Positions 63,642-64,000 of a stretch of 64,000 nt of DNA are shown in pieces. Source of the stretch: Syncephalis fuscata S228. Its lineage: Eukaryota; Fungi; Zoopagomycota. Location of the stretch: positions 496,001-560,000 of the forward strand of contig JAHLTZ010000002.1 of NCBI GenBank assembly GCA_025786725.1, read 5' to 3'. The position numbers and the translations under genes are program-made. The notes below the pieces were generated by a model. It was not told the origin of the DNA. It did not search any database and was given only the letters and a program-made list of their open reading frames with translations. Every line of letters begins with the position of its first letter. Positions within the stretch are counted from its first letter, which is position 1.

Positions 63642-64000
63642 ATGGATGTTAGCAGAAACAACATTGATAAACGCGTGGTTTCAGCAGAGGAGGAGGGCCT
63701 GCGCTTGCATCAATTCTTACGGCGCAACTATCCAGAACACTTCTCGTCTAGACGGCGTTGTATTGTAGCCATTCGTGCAGGCGAAATACATGTTAATGGA
63801 GCAATAGCTGAAGAGACGCGTATAGTGCATTTTGAAGATAACGTTGAGGTGTATGAAGATGTGCACTTGTCTGCTATACGAGAACTAGAACGGCTTTGTG
63901 TTACTGTTCATCATACTACAACGCCCGAGACAGTTTGCGACGCATCAAATAAAGCTACCCAAGCAAATTCATGGTCATTTTCTGTGGTATGGAAGCCGGC
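63642..64000 (+). CDS. RluA-family pseudouridine synthase with an N-terminal S4 domain (runs off the window end)
   Basis: Open frame MDVSRNNIDKRVVSAEEEGLRLHQFL...AIRAGEIHVNG...DNVEV (S4), ending in VVWKPA, which matches motif I of RluA/C/D (VVNKPAG). Confidence 0.75.
   Translation, partial: MDVSRNNIDKRVVSAEEEGLRLHQFLRRNYPEHFSSRRRCIVAIRAGEIHVNGAIAEETRIVHFEDNVEVYEDVHLSAIRELERLCVTVHHTTTPETVCDASNKATQANSWSFSVVWKP

Overview
AT-rich eukaryotic DNA with compact genes and short (mostly 50-80 nt) spliceosomal introns. The gene content is fungal: tricalbin, group III hybrid histidine kinase, Bck1-type MAPKKK, HAL-family kinase, Rrn5, Pcf11, BimC kinesin. The style suggests an early-diverging fungus (Zoopagomycota/Mucoromycota-like; inference only). 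About 19 protein-coding genes are supported. Three of them are missed or fragmented by the ORF track: a secreted pseudokinase-like gene, MPP6 and an RluA-type pseudouridine synthase. The window also holds a decayed Mutator (MULE) transposase and several interlinked AT-rich inverted-repeat elements. The strongest observations come from gene structure: (i) a 68-nt U12-type AT-AC intron in the kinesin-5 gene, implying a minor spliceosome; (ii) a 2-nt microexon needed to keep the SMUBP-2/Hcs1 helicase in frame, plus a 6-nt microexon and two GC-AG introns elsewhere; (iii) a signal-peptide-bearing degenerate kinase; (iv) an orphan 7-TM receptor-like gene; (v) an expanded poly-HAMP array with recent 552-bp duplications; (vi) an unusually long, AATAAA-containing intron in PCF11. 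Many single-base deletions break otherwise intact genes and are most likely consensus/assembly errors. No tRNA, rRNA or CRISPR array was found. All assignments are by eye from motifs; no database searches were run.
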